Shown: positions 22,537 through 36,637 of the stretch, in pieces
Layout of the letters: the number at the start of each line of letters is the position of its first letter
Position numbering within the stretch: the stretch's first letter is position 1
Source: Selaginella moellendorffii
Lineage: Eukaryota; Plantae; Lycopodiophyta
Assembly (NCBI RefSeq): GCF_000143415.4
Contig: NW_003314270.1
Location: forward strand, 536,666-600,665
Reading direction: 5' to 3'
DNA: 64,000 nucleotides
The notes under the pieces: model-generated
The model's database searches: none
What the model was told of the DNA's origin: nothing
The model's input: only the letters and a program-made list of their open reading frames with translations
Position numbers and translations under genes: made by a program

Positions 22537-25500
22537 GAGCTGTTTGTTTGGACTCCCCGAATAAAAATCACTTTTCTTCTTTATCAAGCTCCTCACCATC
22601 TTCATCAAAGCCACCACCAATTCCCGCAACTTCCGCGTCCCATGTCTCCTTTCTTTCACCGGACAATCAGGACTCAAGGCTCTGGCATTACTGGACTCGG
22701 GTGCAACTTCCTGCTTCATGGACACGGACTTTGCTGCCCGACATCACGTTCCTCTTTCTCCTACCATACGGGATTTGAGGGTTGAAGGTATTGGCGGGCA
22801 TTTTGTGTCTCCATCTTCTGGACTTAGGGAAACGTTGCCCGTTCGAGTACACATCGGGTCCACCGTCACCGATATCGCCTTCAACATCATCAACAGCAAG
22901 TCCTCCTCTGTGGTGCTCGGTCTTCTACATCAGCCTCAGATCTGTTGGAAGGAATTACAGCTCATCTCTCCCACGGCTTCCCCTGCTGTTCATCGAGTCC
23001 GAATCAGGAAAAGTTCCCTAAACTCAAATCGGGGTTCTGTTCCTGACTCTATAAAGTTTTCACCCTCTTCTTTTTCCTCTCTTCCATCTTACACTGGACC
23101 GTATTTTCGTCTCATCATTCCATTTAGTCGTACGCCTCCTCCTATCTCCACAATCACTATGAAAGAACTCCTTCATGAAGAACCTCTTTTTCTTTTTTCT
23201 TTGCATGTTTCTCCTGTCAGTCTTCCTGAGAAGTATCATGATTTTGGGGATGTGTTTGACAAGAAAAAAGCTAGTGTACTGCCTGTTCATCGGCCTTATG
23301 ATTGTCCCATTGATTTACAGGAAGGAGCGTCACCTCCGTGGGGGCCTATCTATGGGTTATCCCCGTCCGAGCTTAAGGCCCTCAAAGAGTACGTGGATGA
23401 GAACCTTGCCTCGGGCTACATTCAGCATTCGCAGTCCCCGGCTGGAGCACCTGTCTTCTTTGTCAAGAAGAAGGATGGGAGCTTGTGGCTAGTCATCGAC
23501 TACCGAGGTTTGAACAAGGTGACTGTTCGGAACCGTTATCCGCTGCCCCTGATCTCGGACCTGTTGGAACGCCTCGGCGGTGCCCGCTTCTTCACCAAGA
23601 TTGACCTCTGTGGAGCATACAACCTGATCCGGATCCGGCCTGGTGATGAATGGAAGACTGCGTTCCGAACCCGCTATGGCCACTTCGAGTACACTGTCAT
23701 GCCATTTGGCTTGACAAATGCTCCAGCAGTTTTCCAACACATGGCAAACGACATCTTTCGGGAGTTTCTTGATCAGATGGTGATCGTCTATCTCGATGAC
23801 ATCCTCATCTACTCAAAAACTCAGGAGGAGCATGACAAACATGTTCACAAGGTGCTAGCGAAGCTACGAGAACACAGCCTATACGCGAAGCTTGAGAAAT
23901 GTTCCTTTGATCAGCAGTCTGTGGAGTTCCTTGGGTACATTGTCACTCCTGAGGGTATCACGATGGATCCTGCCAAAGTCAAGACTATTCTCGAATGGGA
24001 GCCTCCACAATCAATGTCGGACGTTCAGGTTTTCCTTGGCTTCGCCAACTTCTACCGCAAATTCATTGATCACTACTCTGACATTGTCCTTCCTCTCACA
24101 CATCTCATTCGCAAGGATGTTCCCTTCTCTTGGTCTGCTGCTGCCTAGCAGGCCTTTGACACACTCAAGGTGGCCTTCAGTTCTGCTCTTGTCTTGATCC
24201 ATGCTGATTCCTCACAACCTTTCTTCATTGAGGCTGACGCCTCCGACTTTGCCATTGGTGTTGTGCTGTCTCAACTCGGAGCGGATCACGAACTTCATCC
24301 GGTCGCTTTCCATTCTCGGAAATTCTAGCCTGCGGAGATCAATTACGAAATCCATGACAAGGAGCTCCTTGCCATCGTGGATTCCTTTGGAGAGTGGCGC
24401 CGTTTCTTGGAGGGGGCGAGCAATCAAACAACAGTCTGGACGGATCACAAAAATCTCGAGTACTTTGCCACTTCCCGAGTTTTAAGCCGTCGTCAAGCAA
24501 GGTGGGCACAATTCCTGAGTCGGTTTGACTTTGTTATCAAGTACAGACCTGGAAAGTTTCAAGGCCTTCCTGATGCTCTTTCAAGGCGCTCCTATCTCAG
24601 TCTCAAGCTTGGTAATCCTGCCTTCGATCAACAGGATCAAGTTATCCTCGGTCCTGATCGGCTTCAAGTTATGGCAATTTTCCTGGCCCCTCAGGACTCC
24701 TCCTTGATGGATGCAATCAGAAACAATCTTCAATCCGATGATCTCGCTAGCGACATTTTCCCCCATCTTCAGGCTGGACACCCAGTGACTCCCGACTGCC
24801 GGCGATTTGACGAGTTCAAGTTCTTAGATGGCTTATTGTACCGTGGGGAGCAGCTTTACGTTCCTGAAGGTGATGCTCGAAGGTTGGTCCTGATGGCGTG
24901 CCACGATAGCCCGACTGCTGGTCACTTCGGCATTGCGAAAACCTATGAACTAGTTGCACAGGACTTTTGGTGGCCTCACATGGACGACTACATCAAAGCT
25001 TTTGTTACCTCCTGTGACACTTGTGCTCGGAATAAGGTACCTCGCCACCTTCCTTCAGGTTTGCTTCGTTCCCTTCCGGTCCCTTCAGGTCCTTGGGAAT
25101 CCATCTCCATGGATTTCTTGAGTGATCTTCCGAGTTCTAGAGGCTTCAACAGCATTTTAGTCGTGGTGGATCGCTTCACAAAGATGGCGCACTTCTTGCC
25201 ATGTACCAAGGAGTTTTCGGGCGAGGACATGGCAAAACTGGTATTCAGGGAAATTTTCCAACTTCATGGGATTCCTACAGATGTGGTTTCGGATCGGGGG
25301 CCTCAGTTCATCTCTCATTTCTGGCAACAGTTTTTGCAGCTGCTTGGAGTGAAGGCCAACCTCTCTTCGGCATATCATCCTCAAACTGATGGGCAGTCCG
25401 AGCGAACGATTCAGACATTGGAACAATTCTTGAGGTGCTTCATCAACTATCATCAGGATAACTGGTTCGATATCCTTTCCCTTGTTGAGTTCTCCTATAA

Positions 25501-26254
25501 CAACTCTGTTCACTCCTCTCTTCGAGTTTCCCCCTTCTTTGCGAACTCTGGCCGAAATCCCCGATTCAATCTCTCACTTCCTTCTCCATCTGAATCCTCT
25601 CGTTCAAATCCCCGCTCTGAGGCATTTATCTCCAACCTCCAGGAAATCCACAACTCCATCTCCTTCCACCTCCATCGTGCTCAGGAATTTCATAAAACAT
25701 TTGCCAATGTCCATCGTCAGGATTGTCCCCCTTACAATATCGGGGATAAAGTTTGGCTCCTCAGGCGAAATATCTCCACCACCAGGCCCTGTCCAAAACT
25801 CGATTTCAAACGCCTTGGTCCTTTCCCTATCACTGCTATCATTAATCCTGTCACTTATCGCCTTGCACTTCCCTCCTCATATCAAATTCACCCCGTTTTT
25901 CACTCCTCTTTCCTTGAGCCTTATATTCCCAGTCCTATTCCAAATCGGGTCATTCCTCCGCCTCCACCAGTGCAGCTCGAGGATGGGTCTGAGTACGAGG
26001 TTCAGGACATCCTTGATTCCAAGATTTCACGGTCTAAACTCTACTATCTGGTGGACTGGAAGGGTTACGGACCTAAGGAACGCACTTGGGAACCTACAGA
26101 CAACCTGCTTCATTCTCCTGACCTTGTTCAGGACTTCCACCGCCGCTATCCTTCTCGTCCCAGTCCTCATTCTTTTTCTCCATCTCCCATCCCTCACCGC
26201 TTATCTCATCCTCCTCTTCGTTCTCGTTCACATCCTCGTTCCAATCGTTCTTGA
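22509..26254 (+). pseudogene. pol: Pol (protease LLDSGAT, RT YLDDILIYS, RNase H, integrase HHCC/DDE/GPF, chromodomain YEVQDILDS..YLVDWKGY), disrupted
   Basis: ORFs 22718-24148 and 24377-26254 share a frame. In-frame TAG at 24146 and 24326, and one extra frameshift at about 22640-22670 before the protease. Confidence 0.92.
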
Positions 26255-26724
26255 GGAGGGGGTGCTGTCAGGAATCCCCCAATTCTTGCCACATTCCTGA
26301 CTCTCGAGACACTTCCCTATTCCTGACTCTCGAGACACTTTCCTATTCCTGACTCTCGAGACACTTCCTGATTCCTGAGTCTCGAGCCACATTCCTAATG
26401 ATGATGTGGCGCCTCCTCGACCTCAACTATATTTAGGCCGTCCTCGATCCAAGAGTGGTGGAGCTTCATCAACCTATAGTATATATAGGTTAGCCTTGTT
26501 CCATTTCTCCACAATCTGAATCAACACCAGTCTAAGGCTTCTTCTTTGTTTTCACTAGCTTTTTCTCTTTGTCTTTAGCATTTTCCAGTCTTGATCTTGT
26601 TGGGGGTCTTGACAGAGTGCAAGAATGTGCAGAAACCATGTTAAGACAGTCGGGTGAGGATACGGTCCTAGGTCACGCACTAAAACAGGCTATGGATGTC
26701 TTGTATTTTGAGATGGAGACTCGG

Positions 26725-29700
26725 TGTAGCGCACGTGGTTTTGACCCTTTATCCTATGGTGATTTACCATAGGATAACACCATGAAGCAGAACCGAAACC
26801 CTCTTTGTGCCACGTGACAGATGCCACGTGTCATATACCACGTGTCCATGCCACGTGTCCATAGGAACCCGAGGTTCAGGGCCTTGGGCCACTGAACGAA
26901 GGAACGGTGCCAAACTCCCAAGCATGGAGCCAAGGAGTGACGGAACCGAACCACGGAGCAAATCTCGAGCATATAGCCCAAGGAGCAAAGGGACAGGGGC
27001 CCGGAGCAACTTGGAACAGTCCTGGAGCAACCTGCTTCCCAATGCCAGGACCAGCATGCAAAACGGAGCCGAACGGAGTCTGGCGCTATTTTGGCATACC
27101 GGTGGCCTAATGTGAGGATATGGGTACTCCACCAGCTAGCATGGAATGGAACTTGGGCTTAGACCCAAGCCGGACGCAGAACAAGGACAGGCACGCAAGC
27201 GGGAGCTAGACTATGCCTCAGGCATTGGTCGAGGCCATGCCCGACCAGACCCCTTTCCCTTTTAAACATTTGGAACCCCCCAAAGGCCCCCCCCCCCCCC
27301 CCCCCCCTTGAGGAACACACGCTTTGGGCTTTCACCCCAAGCCTCCCTTAGTATCAGGAGTTAGTCTTTGGAACAAGCTTGAAACTTACTAAATATGGAA
27401 TGTCCTTAGAATGCGAATTTGGACACGGGACGAACACCATTGTGTTCAGATTGATCTCTACATTCCGTAGATATGCCAAATGAGCAAATCTGGACACTTT
27501 CCATAAATAGCATTTGGGACCGAAATAAGACTAACACAAAGGGCATGATAGCGAGGGTGTTTGGCAGACACGGTAAGCTATCATCTAGCGATATTGAGGG
27601 ACCAAGCTCAATATCGCAGAGGTTCCCAACACTAGCAAGTGCAAGTCAACATCATGAGTTTCTCATCATCGTGTCAAGTCTGCTTGACTAAATGACAACT
27701 TAGGATTTCCTTCCTTAGTGCCCTTCCGGTCTAAGTGCACATGTGATGACCAGTTTCTCAACTAGCTTAGGCAGAGACTAATAACGGGTCTAGCAATACC
27801 GACCTCCTGCCATCGTGGCAGTAAGGTAAGAGTGTCCGTAAGGACTAGCCGACAAGTAACTTTCGATACCTGAAGTCACATTCGCGACACTCTCCCCCCC
27901 TTGGGAAGATCGACGTCCTCGTCGATGCATACTCCAGTCTAGAATACCGCCAAGGAAACAACTCCATAAAAAGTTCACGGTACTCACACTATGTGAGAAA
28001 TGCACCAACTTAAATGAGTTAGGGGGCAACCTCTTTGTCTAACGCGGATGTGCTACCAGCTCAGACACCTTCCGGCCGTCGCCGACAAGGAAATGACCAA
28101 CGAAGTCAGCCACCCTTGCTGCTCTGGGGGTCACCCAGCTACAAAAGTGTGATATGCCCCTGCCCGCAGGAACATAGAGAGAGAAGCCAGAGGCCCCAAC
28201 CCTCCTAAGCAAAGAAACCAAACCCGTCGGTAAGGTTTAGATAGACTACTGTAAACAGGCAGTTTAGAGTTGTTTACACGGTCACGCCCTTTCAACAAAA
28301 TAAGGAACATCGACAGAGAGGTGGGTTATGTGACCAGTCGACAGTAACTACCCCATGACTAGAGATTTCACCATGCACACGAAGTGTCGAAGCCAGTCTG
28401 CCTATACTGGCCCAAACTCAAAGATCAATAGATGGACAATATCAAAGTCATAGACAATGATATTTTAGAGTCGGAATTATCAGTGAATAAATCTTATATT
28501 AGAACACAAAAGTATTCCAAGTAAGGTATTATCTGATAAACTAGTATTATAGCATAGGAACCACCAAGATCATCATAATTGATAAACCTAGGAATCACCA
28601 TCCAATAAAATTCAATAGCAAGTAGATCATCAAGGAAACTCAATGATAAAACTTAACTACCAAAAATGGCAGATAGCATGCCAAACAACTCACAAAACAC
28701 AACTCAAAGAACACAAAGTATCATTGACTAACAAGCACAATGCTCGCGAATGTATCACCCGAAGGAAATAACATCCTAATCTATGAGAACTAACTCGAGC
28801 AATAATCATCAGAACAAAATGAATGTTGCAAAGCAAACAAACGCTTATTCATATCAACCATTGCACTAGCCAATCCGGATAGATCCTAGCCAATAACACC
28901 AAGGAACTCAAGTTGCCTAAGCAAGTGTCAGCAACATCCTACTGATGTCTCAAACCCAAGAGACCAATCCAGAGCAAACCACAAAGAACATGTGGTATTG
29001 CGAAAAGCCATAAGCCATCAAAGAGAACAACTAACCATCATGAAAGATCATCAATCATCCCATCAATAAAAAGATGCATAATCATCGTCTAAGAAGGAAT
29101 CCACCATCCCGAAGAACGGCAAACCATTCTATATCAGCAATAATCAAGCAAAACTTTTTGACAAGGATAATCAACTATCCTAGATGATAGTCAATCATCA
29201 TCAATGATTGCTAAATGCAAATACTAACTTGTACATCGAAGCTAAAGAGCCAAAAATGCCTTCCCCCCAACAACTTCTAACAAATGGAACAATGAGCATA
29301 ATAAACTCAAAGGACCAAAAGTTCGAAGAAGCCTATAGCCAAGTCTTGCCTAACAATGATCACAAGTCTCGCACGAACTAACTTCAATGCTAAAGAAGAA
29401 ATCATGGTAGAACCACAATATCCCCTTCAATACATCTAGAAGCTAAACTTCATAATGCGAAAGCTAATGAAGAGCATGTCTGCATCAATCCAAAAGCCAA
29501 GCATAATGAAGTTATGCTCAACAAGTGATCATCTAATTGATCCTCCATGAATCCATCTTTAGCAAGACGTAATGCACTTCATAACAAGCGCAAGACGAAT
29601 CATCAATGATTGATATATCTCAATTCAAACCCAACAAGGATTCAATCACTTCAATACCAATCACTAACACATCATCTCGTAAAGTTAGCATAGTCCACGA

Positions 29701-32700
29701 CTAAATCACTTTTCAAGGAAAAGCCAAAGCTTAACCCTTACTAAACAATCTCATCTAGAACACAACTAACTCAACTTGCCACTCAGTTCATTTGAACGTC
29801 AATATAGTTGCTAACTAGCAAATGCATGAATGCCAACAACACAAAGCTAAAGCCAAATCATCAACACTATTTTCATCAGGACTAATGAAACTCAATATCA
29901 ATCCTTGGAAGGATATCTCATTTCACTCGAATCTCAATGTCAACAACATCAATGACAAGGCATCACTTTAATGCCATCAACATCAGGACAAAGTTAGAAG
30001 AAAGCTAGAGTGAATCACCACTCAAAACTTCCTAGCAACCAAGCTAACCACAGTCGAAGATACCTTAGTGTGTATCCAAGACCAATCCTTCAGCAATACT
30101 CAGTTTCAGATACACATCATCAAGGAGTGATTCACCAGGTCCAAGACTCAATGAAATCCAACACTACGGACTAAACGTAACCAAATGATATCGACAGAGG
30201 TAGAGTCGACAAGCCAACATGAAAAACTCATGTAAGTCTAACGACATGATCCTCCGCAACACCACCCGGTAAAGCAAGCCCATCACTGCTAAATCTTCAT
30301 CGAGCAAAGCAAGTGTCAACAATCCTCGAAAAAGTCTATAAGCAATCACTAGTCGCAAAGCAACTAACAATCACTCCTCAACTTGCTTTCACAAGACCCA
30401 AACACCAACTCTTATCATCAAGTTATATACTTGTCCAACATGAACGTGATACCCCAGGTATGAGATAAAAGTTCATAGACAAGCACAAACTAAATGACTA
30501 CTCGAATCCAACTCAACTGCAATAAGCTCACTAAAACATTTAGCCACTAGCTCTGAGCATGCTTTGAAGAGGCTAGCTATGCGATCAACACTCAGTCGAA
30601 ACTAAAGTGAAGACCATAAGATGGACTCATATCGGTACACAACCTCCTCATAGACAAAGCTATAGTACGGGTATCAACATCGCAACCTCAAACAACTAAA
30701 TTGGACATCACCATCCTCAGCCAAGGTGCAGGGCCACCAAGACCAAGTCAAGATCAGTGAGAGCTCATTACTCTCATAGAGTCTAACAAAATGCAAGGTG
30801 CAACCTGCCACCAAGCATAACGCTACAAAAGAAAGGTACAAGGGTCACCTTTCTGAGAAAAGTGCAACAACAACTTTCCTATATCAACTCTAGACTCTAT
30901 CCAACTCAATTGTTTTAGCCCCAAAAGTCAGCATCCCTTTCGGGCCGCATTATACAAACTACCTATCAAGGTCTAAGTTAACCGAAGTCAACTCCAACCC
31001 CTTCACTAGTTTGTACTGGCCTTCGAAAACGGAATGGTTTTCGGACAAAATGATCAATAGATCAACCATTGGAAAAGTCTAAGAAAATTTGTGGAAAATT
31101 TCCCATCCTAGAGAAAGAATGACTCTCAGTCCAGGATTGCAAACTTTCAAGACTCAACCAACTTCCTCCTACCAACAACTTCACATAGGCTCACCTCAAC
31201 ACAAATTCTCATGATCCAACAACATGCTTAAGCATCAAACATCTTTGCCCATATAACCGACATCCAACACTGACATCTGCAAAGTGCAAAATGAACATCC
31301 AAGGCTTGATCACGAAGACCACATCTTCGGATATCCATATTGCACTAACACTCTTCTTCAATCACCTTCAAGATCCAATGTGAAGCCAAAACACTAACAA
31401 GAAAAATGACATGGAAAAATCAAGGTCCAAGGAAAATTCCTCATCACTTGAAATAACAATGCCACTTCCGCTAACACAAGTGTTAGTGATGTCAATGCCT
31501 CAACTCCACATCTTCTCCATCCAACAATCTACTCCAAGTGCTAACGGATCAACCGACAAGCTATAGCAAATGAATGCTACAACCCTTTTCTAACACTTTA
31601 GTGGGCAAACTTAAGGAAACAAGGTACCAACTTAAGCTTAGCATAATGGACCACTATAGAGAATCCAGTCAAAGCTACTACAATGCTACTTTGTGCAAGT
31701 AGCCTAGCTTCTCCATCAACCACTTTGGGGTTGACCCAAGCAACTTCGTAAATGCATTACTCTTTATCACATGGATATGATATAAGCATCACAATGACTT
31801 GATCATCAATTGAGTAACGCAATGAGCAATGCCTATGTCATTACTTCAAACGTTTATGTGAGTATCAAATGCCAACTCGATTCGACAAAATGCAATATAA
31901 ATGCCACACTCCACCAATAGAGGTTTACGACACCCAACACCACTAACTTTTGTTCACAACACGGACAAGCTCATGCCACTCTCTTTCCGACCAAACTCAA
32001 CACTAATCCAACACCAAGCTACTCAAGGAGCAATAGCAAGGTTCCCCGGAAAAGAATTGAGCATTGCAACCCAAGTCTTTCAATAGCGAGTCTAGACAAA
32101 ATGGTTTAGTGTTTCACCACTATCCATCCCATAACTCACCATAGGATACCACCACTTCCAACATGCATCAAGGTAGGGACTCTTGATTGCATAATGTGAA
32201 CACGAGCAATGAGTCACACCTCGTTGCAAATCATCTCTCCAAGAAGAGAACATGATTTACGTCTTTGATCCTCCATCCCTGAAAACTCTCTTTTCGGTCT
32301 CATCTTTGACTAAACCTCAAGCTTGCTTTCGCACTGCCTTCAGTTCAATCGAAGAAAAGTTTATGAGAGAGCACGGCAATGATTACTTGAACCAATAGAC
32401 TATTCCCTACAATCTTGATTAATCCACTTATAATCATGCCTAGGAAGGATCCACTAGTGCCGTGCTAAATAGCTACGGACCAGCCTATTTGCCACTCATA
32501 ACAAACCCAGGTAGGTTTGCTTTCACCCATGGTACAAGGAATAACTCACGGAACCACTAATAGGCTAACATTAATCTTGCCAACTCAAAGCGTAACCTCG
32601 AGTTGCTAATGTGCCTCACTCATGAGCCCAAGCTCAAACTCGTGTGAACAGAACATCTCCAATCCATCCTATGAGCCCAAGCGCAAGCTCACATCATAAG

Positions 32701-33913
32701 GTACAAAAAGGTAACCAAACCTATCCCAAGGTTTGGTTATCTCTGATACCAAATGTAGCGCACGTGGTTTTGACCCTTTATCCTATGGTGATTTACCATA
32801 GGATAACACCACGAAGTGGAACCTAAACCCTCTTTGTGCCACGTGACAGATGCCACGTGTCATATACCACGTGTCCATGCCACGTGTCCATAGGAACCCG
32901 AGGTTCAGGGCCTTGGGCCACTGAACGAAGGAACGGTGCCAAACTCCCAATTATGGAGCCAAGGAGTGACGGAACCGAACCACGGAGCAAATCTCGAGCA
33001 TATAGCCCAAGGAGCGAAGGGACAGGGGCCCGGAGCGACTTGGAACAGTCCTGGAGCAACCTGCTTCCCAATGCCAGGACCAGCATGCAAAACGGAGCCA
33101 AACGGAGTCTGGCGCTATTTTGGCATACCGGTGGCCTAACGCGAGGATATGGGTACTCCACCAACTAGCATGGAATGGAACTTGGGCTTAGACCCAAGCC
33201 GGACGCAGAACAAGGACAGGCACGCAAGCGGGAGCTAGACTATGCCTCAGGTTGGTCGGCCATGCCCGACCTACCCACTATCCCTACTATACATTTGGAA
33301 CCCCCCAAGGCCCCCCCCCCCCCCCCCCCCCTTGAGGAACACACGCTTTGGGCTTTCACCCCAAGCCTCCCTTAGTATCAGGAGTTAGTCTTTAGAACAA
33401 GCTTGAAACTTACTAAATATGGAATGTCCTTAGAATGCGAATTTGGACACGGGACGAACACCATTGTGTTCAGATTGATCTCTACATTCCGTAGATATGC
33501 CAAATGAGCAAATCTGGACACTTTCCATAAATAGCATTTGGGACCGAAATGAGACTAACACAAAGGGCATGATAGCGAGGGTGTTTGGCAGACACGGTAA
33601 GCTATCATCTAGCGATATTGAGGGACCAAGCTTAATATCGCGGGGGTTCCCAACACTAGCAAGTGCAAGTCAACATCATGAGTTTCTCATCACCGTGTCA
33701 AGTCTGCTTGACTAAATGACAACTTAGGATTTCCTTCCTTAGTGCCCTTCCGGTCTAAGTGCACATGTGATGACCAGTTTCTCAACTAGCTTAGGCGGAG
33801 ACTAATAACGGGTCCAGCAATACCGACCTCCTGCCATCGTGGCAGTAAGGTAAGAGTGTCCGTAAGGACTAGCCGACAAGTAACTTTCGATACCTGAAGT
33901 CACATTCGCGACA
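26725..33913 (-). mobile_element. Family A copy A2; LTRs 26725-27889 and 32754-33913
   Basis: TSD CTCGG (26720-26724 / 33914-33918). PBS complement before 32754 and PPT complement after 27889. Internal region colinear with A1. Confidence 0.95.
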
Positions 33914-34488
33914 CTCGGCCAGATGATTTTCCCAAGATGGTCCTGGAAGAACAAGCCATCCAGCCTGAGCAGCCTATGGAAGAAATGCAGAAGGGGGATG
34001 AGGAGCCAGAGAAAGATAATGAGCAGGAAGAGCAGAAGGACGAAAAGGAGGACAAAGAAGAGGAGGACGAAGAGGACTTGGATGGTCCTCACAATGGTGA
34101 CGATCACAATAACGACGACGACGATGATGACGACGATGGCCAGCTTGAGATGGCCAAAGAGCAGTGGAGGAAGGTCATACAAGACAAACCATCAGGTAAA
34201 TAATAGTACATCCATTCCTAACCTTTTATCATTTCTAACATTGTCCATGTAGGTCGCAAAGAAAATGGTAAGTAGAGATTATTCAGTTGAATTAAGATAC
34301 AAACTCTAGCCTTTAGTGTCGAGGAAGGATAGTCCCATGCAAGGGTCGAAACGTATGTCCAATCTGTCGCGAATGTGACTTCGGGTATCGAAAGTTACTT
34401 GTCGGCTAGTCCTTACGGACACTCTTACCTTACTGCCACGATGGCAGGAGGTCGGTATTGTTGGACCCGTTATCAGTTTCCCACTTGA

Positions 34489-34601
34489 NNNNNNNNNNNN
34501 NNNNNNNNNNNNNNNNNNNNNNNNNNNNNNNNNNNNNNNNNNNNNNNNNNNNNNNNNNNNNNNNNNNNNNNNNNNNNNNNNNNNNNNNNNNNNNNNNNNN
34601 N
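34489..34601. other. Assembly gap (N run) inside the A3 5' LTR
   Basis: Run of Ns; its length keeps the same 13621-bp offset to the 3' LTR on both sides. Confidence 0.98.
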
Positions 34602-36637
34602 TGGCTTGCACTTGCTAGTATCAAGAACCCCCGCGATATTGAGATTGGTCCCTCAACATCGCTACATGATAGCTTACCGTGTCTGCCAAACACCCTCGCT
34701 ATCATGCCCTTTGTGTTAGTCTCATTTTGGTCCCAAATGCTATTTATGGAAAGTGTCCAGATTTGCTCATTTGGCATATCTACGGAATGTAGAGATTGGC
34801 CTGAACACAATGGTGTTTGTCCCGTGTCCAAATTCGCAATCTAAGGACATTCCATATTTAGTAAGTTTCGAGCTTGTCCCAGAGACTAACTCTTGATACT
34901 AAGGGAGGCTTGGGGTGAAAGCCCAAAGCGTGTGTTCCTCAAGGGGGGGGGGCTATGGGGGGTTCCAAATGTATAGTAGGGATAGTGGGTAGGTCGGGCA
35001 TGGCCGACCAACCTGAGGCATAGTCTAGCTCCCGCTTGCGTGCCTGTCCTTGTTCTGCGTCCGGCTTGGGTCTAAGCCCAAGTTCCATTCCATGCTAGTT
35101 GGTGGAGTACCCATATCCTCGCGTTAGGCCACCGGTATGCCGAAATAGCGCCAGACTCCGTTTGGCTCCGTTTTGCGTGCTGGTCCTGGCATTGGGATGC
35201 TGGTTGCTCTAGGACTGTTCCAAGTCGCTCCGGGCCCCTGTCCCTTCACTCCTTGGGCTATATGCTCGGGAGTTGCTCCGTGGTCCGGTTCCATCACTCC
35301 TTGGCGTCACGCTTGGGAGTTTGGCACCGTTCCTTCGTTCAGTGGCCCAAGGCCCTGAACCTCGGGTTACTATGGACACGTGGCACGGACACGTGGTATG
35401 TGACACGTGGCATTTGTCACGTGGCACAAAGAGGGTTTAGGTTCCGCTTCGTGGTGTTATCCTATGGTAAATCACCATAGGATAAAGGGTCAAAACCACG
35501 TGCGCTACATTTGGTATCAGAGGATGAGTCTCAGCGAGTACTATTCAATGAGATTGGGCAACTAGTCTTGTTGCATACGCAGAGATGAAAACGATGATCC
35601 GAGTGGGTACACGTTTGGGTGCAAAGGCTTCGCAATTGGTTCCTTGGGTATGGATATTGTTACCTTGTTGTACCTTATGATGTGAGCTTGCGCTTGGGCT
35701 CATAGGATGGTTTGGAGATGTTCCGTTTGCACGAGTTTGAGCTTGAGCTCGTGAGTGAGGCACATTAGCAACTTGAGGTTACACTTTGAGTTGGCAGGAT
35801 TAATGTAAGCCTATCGATGGTTCCAGTGGTTCTGTAAGTTGTTCCATGTACCGTGAGTGAAAGCAAACCTCCCTGGGTTTGCTATGAGTGGCAAATAGGC
35901 TGGTCCGTAGCTGTTTAGCACGGCACTAGTGGATCCTTCCTGGGTATGATTATAAGTGGATCAATCAAGACTGTAGGGAATAGTCTATTGGTTCAAGTAA
36001 TCATTGCCGTGCTCTCTCATAAACTTTTCTTGGGTTGAACTGAAGGCAGTGCGAAAGCAAGCTTGAGGTTTGGTCAAAGATGAGACCGAAAAGAGAGTCA
36101 TCGGGGACGGAGGATCAAATACGTAAATCATTTTCTCTTCTTGGAGAAATGATTTGCAACGAGGTGTTAACTCATTGCTTGTGTTCACATTATGCAATCA
36201 AGAGTCCCTACCTTGATGCATGTTGGAAGTGATGGTCTTACAAGTGGTGAGTTATGGGATGGATAGTGGTGAAACACTAAACCATTTTTGTCTAGACTCG
36301 CTATTGGAAGACTTGGGTTGCAATGCTCAATTCTTTTCTGGGGAACCTTGCTATTGCTCCTTGAGTAGCTTGGTGTTGGATTAGTGTTGAGTTTGGTCGG
36401 AAAGAGAGTGGCATGAGCTTGTCCGTGTTGTGAACAAAAGTTAGTGGTGTTGGGTGTTGTAAATCTCTATCGGTGGAGTGTGGCATTTATGTTGCATTTT
36501 GTCGAATCGAGTTGGCATTTGATACTCACATAAACGTTTGAAGTAATGACATAAGCCTTGCTCATTGCGTTACTCAATTGATGATCAAGACATTGTGATT
36601 TATATCATATCCATGTGATAATGAGCAATGTGTTTAC

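Larger units (their letters stand above)
21119..26614 (+). mobile_element. Element C: Ty3/Gypsy chromovirus (Tf1/sushi/Tcn1-like); LTRs 21119-21467 and 26266-26614 (349 bp)
   Basis: TGTCAGG...TTGACA LTRs with about 6 differences. TSD GGGTG/GAGTG (1 mismatch). PPT TTGAGGAGGGGG before the 3' LTR. Domain order gag-PR-RT-RH-IN-chromo. Confidence 0.96.

Noticed and set aside
25482-26300. 272-aa alternative-frame ORF over integrase/chromodomain
   Set aside because: Explained by C/T-rich composition that lacks stop codons; no ATG start or protein motif.
27220-27290. Locally very divergent patch in the A2 3' LTR
   Set aside because: It sits directly beside a poly-C tract of about 22 nt. Most likely base-calling error rather than biology.
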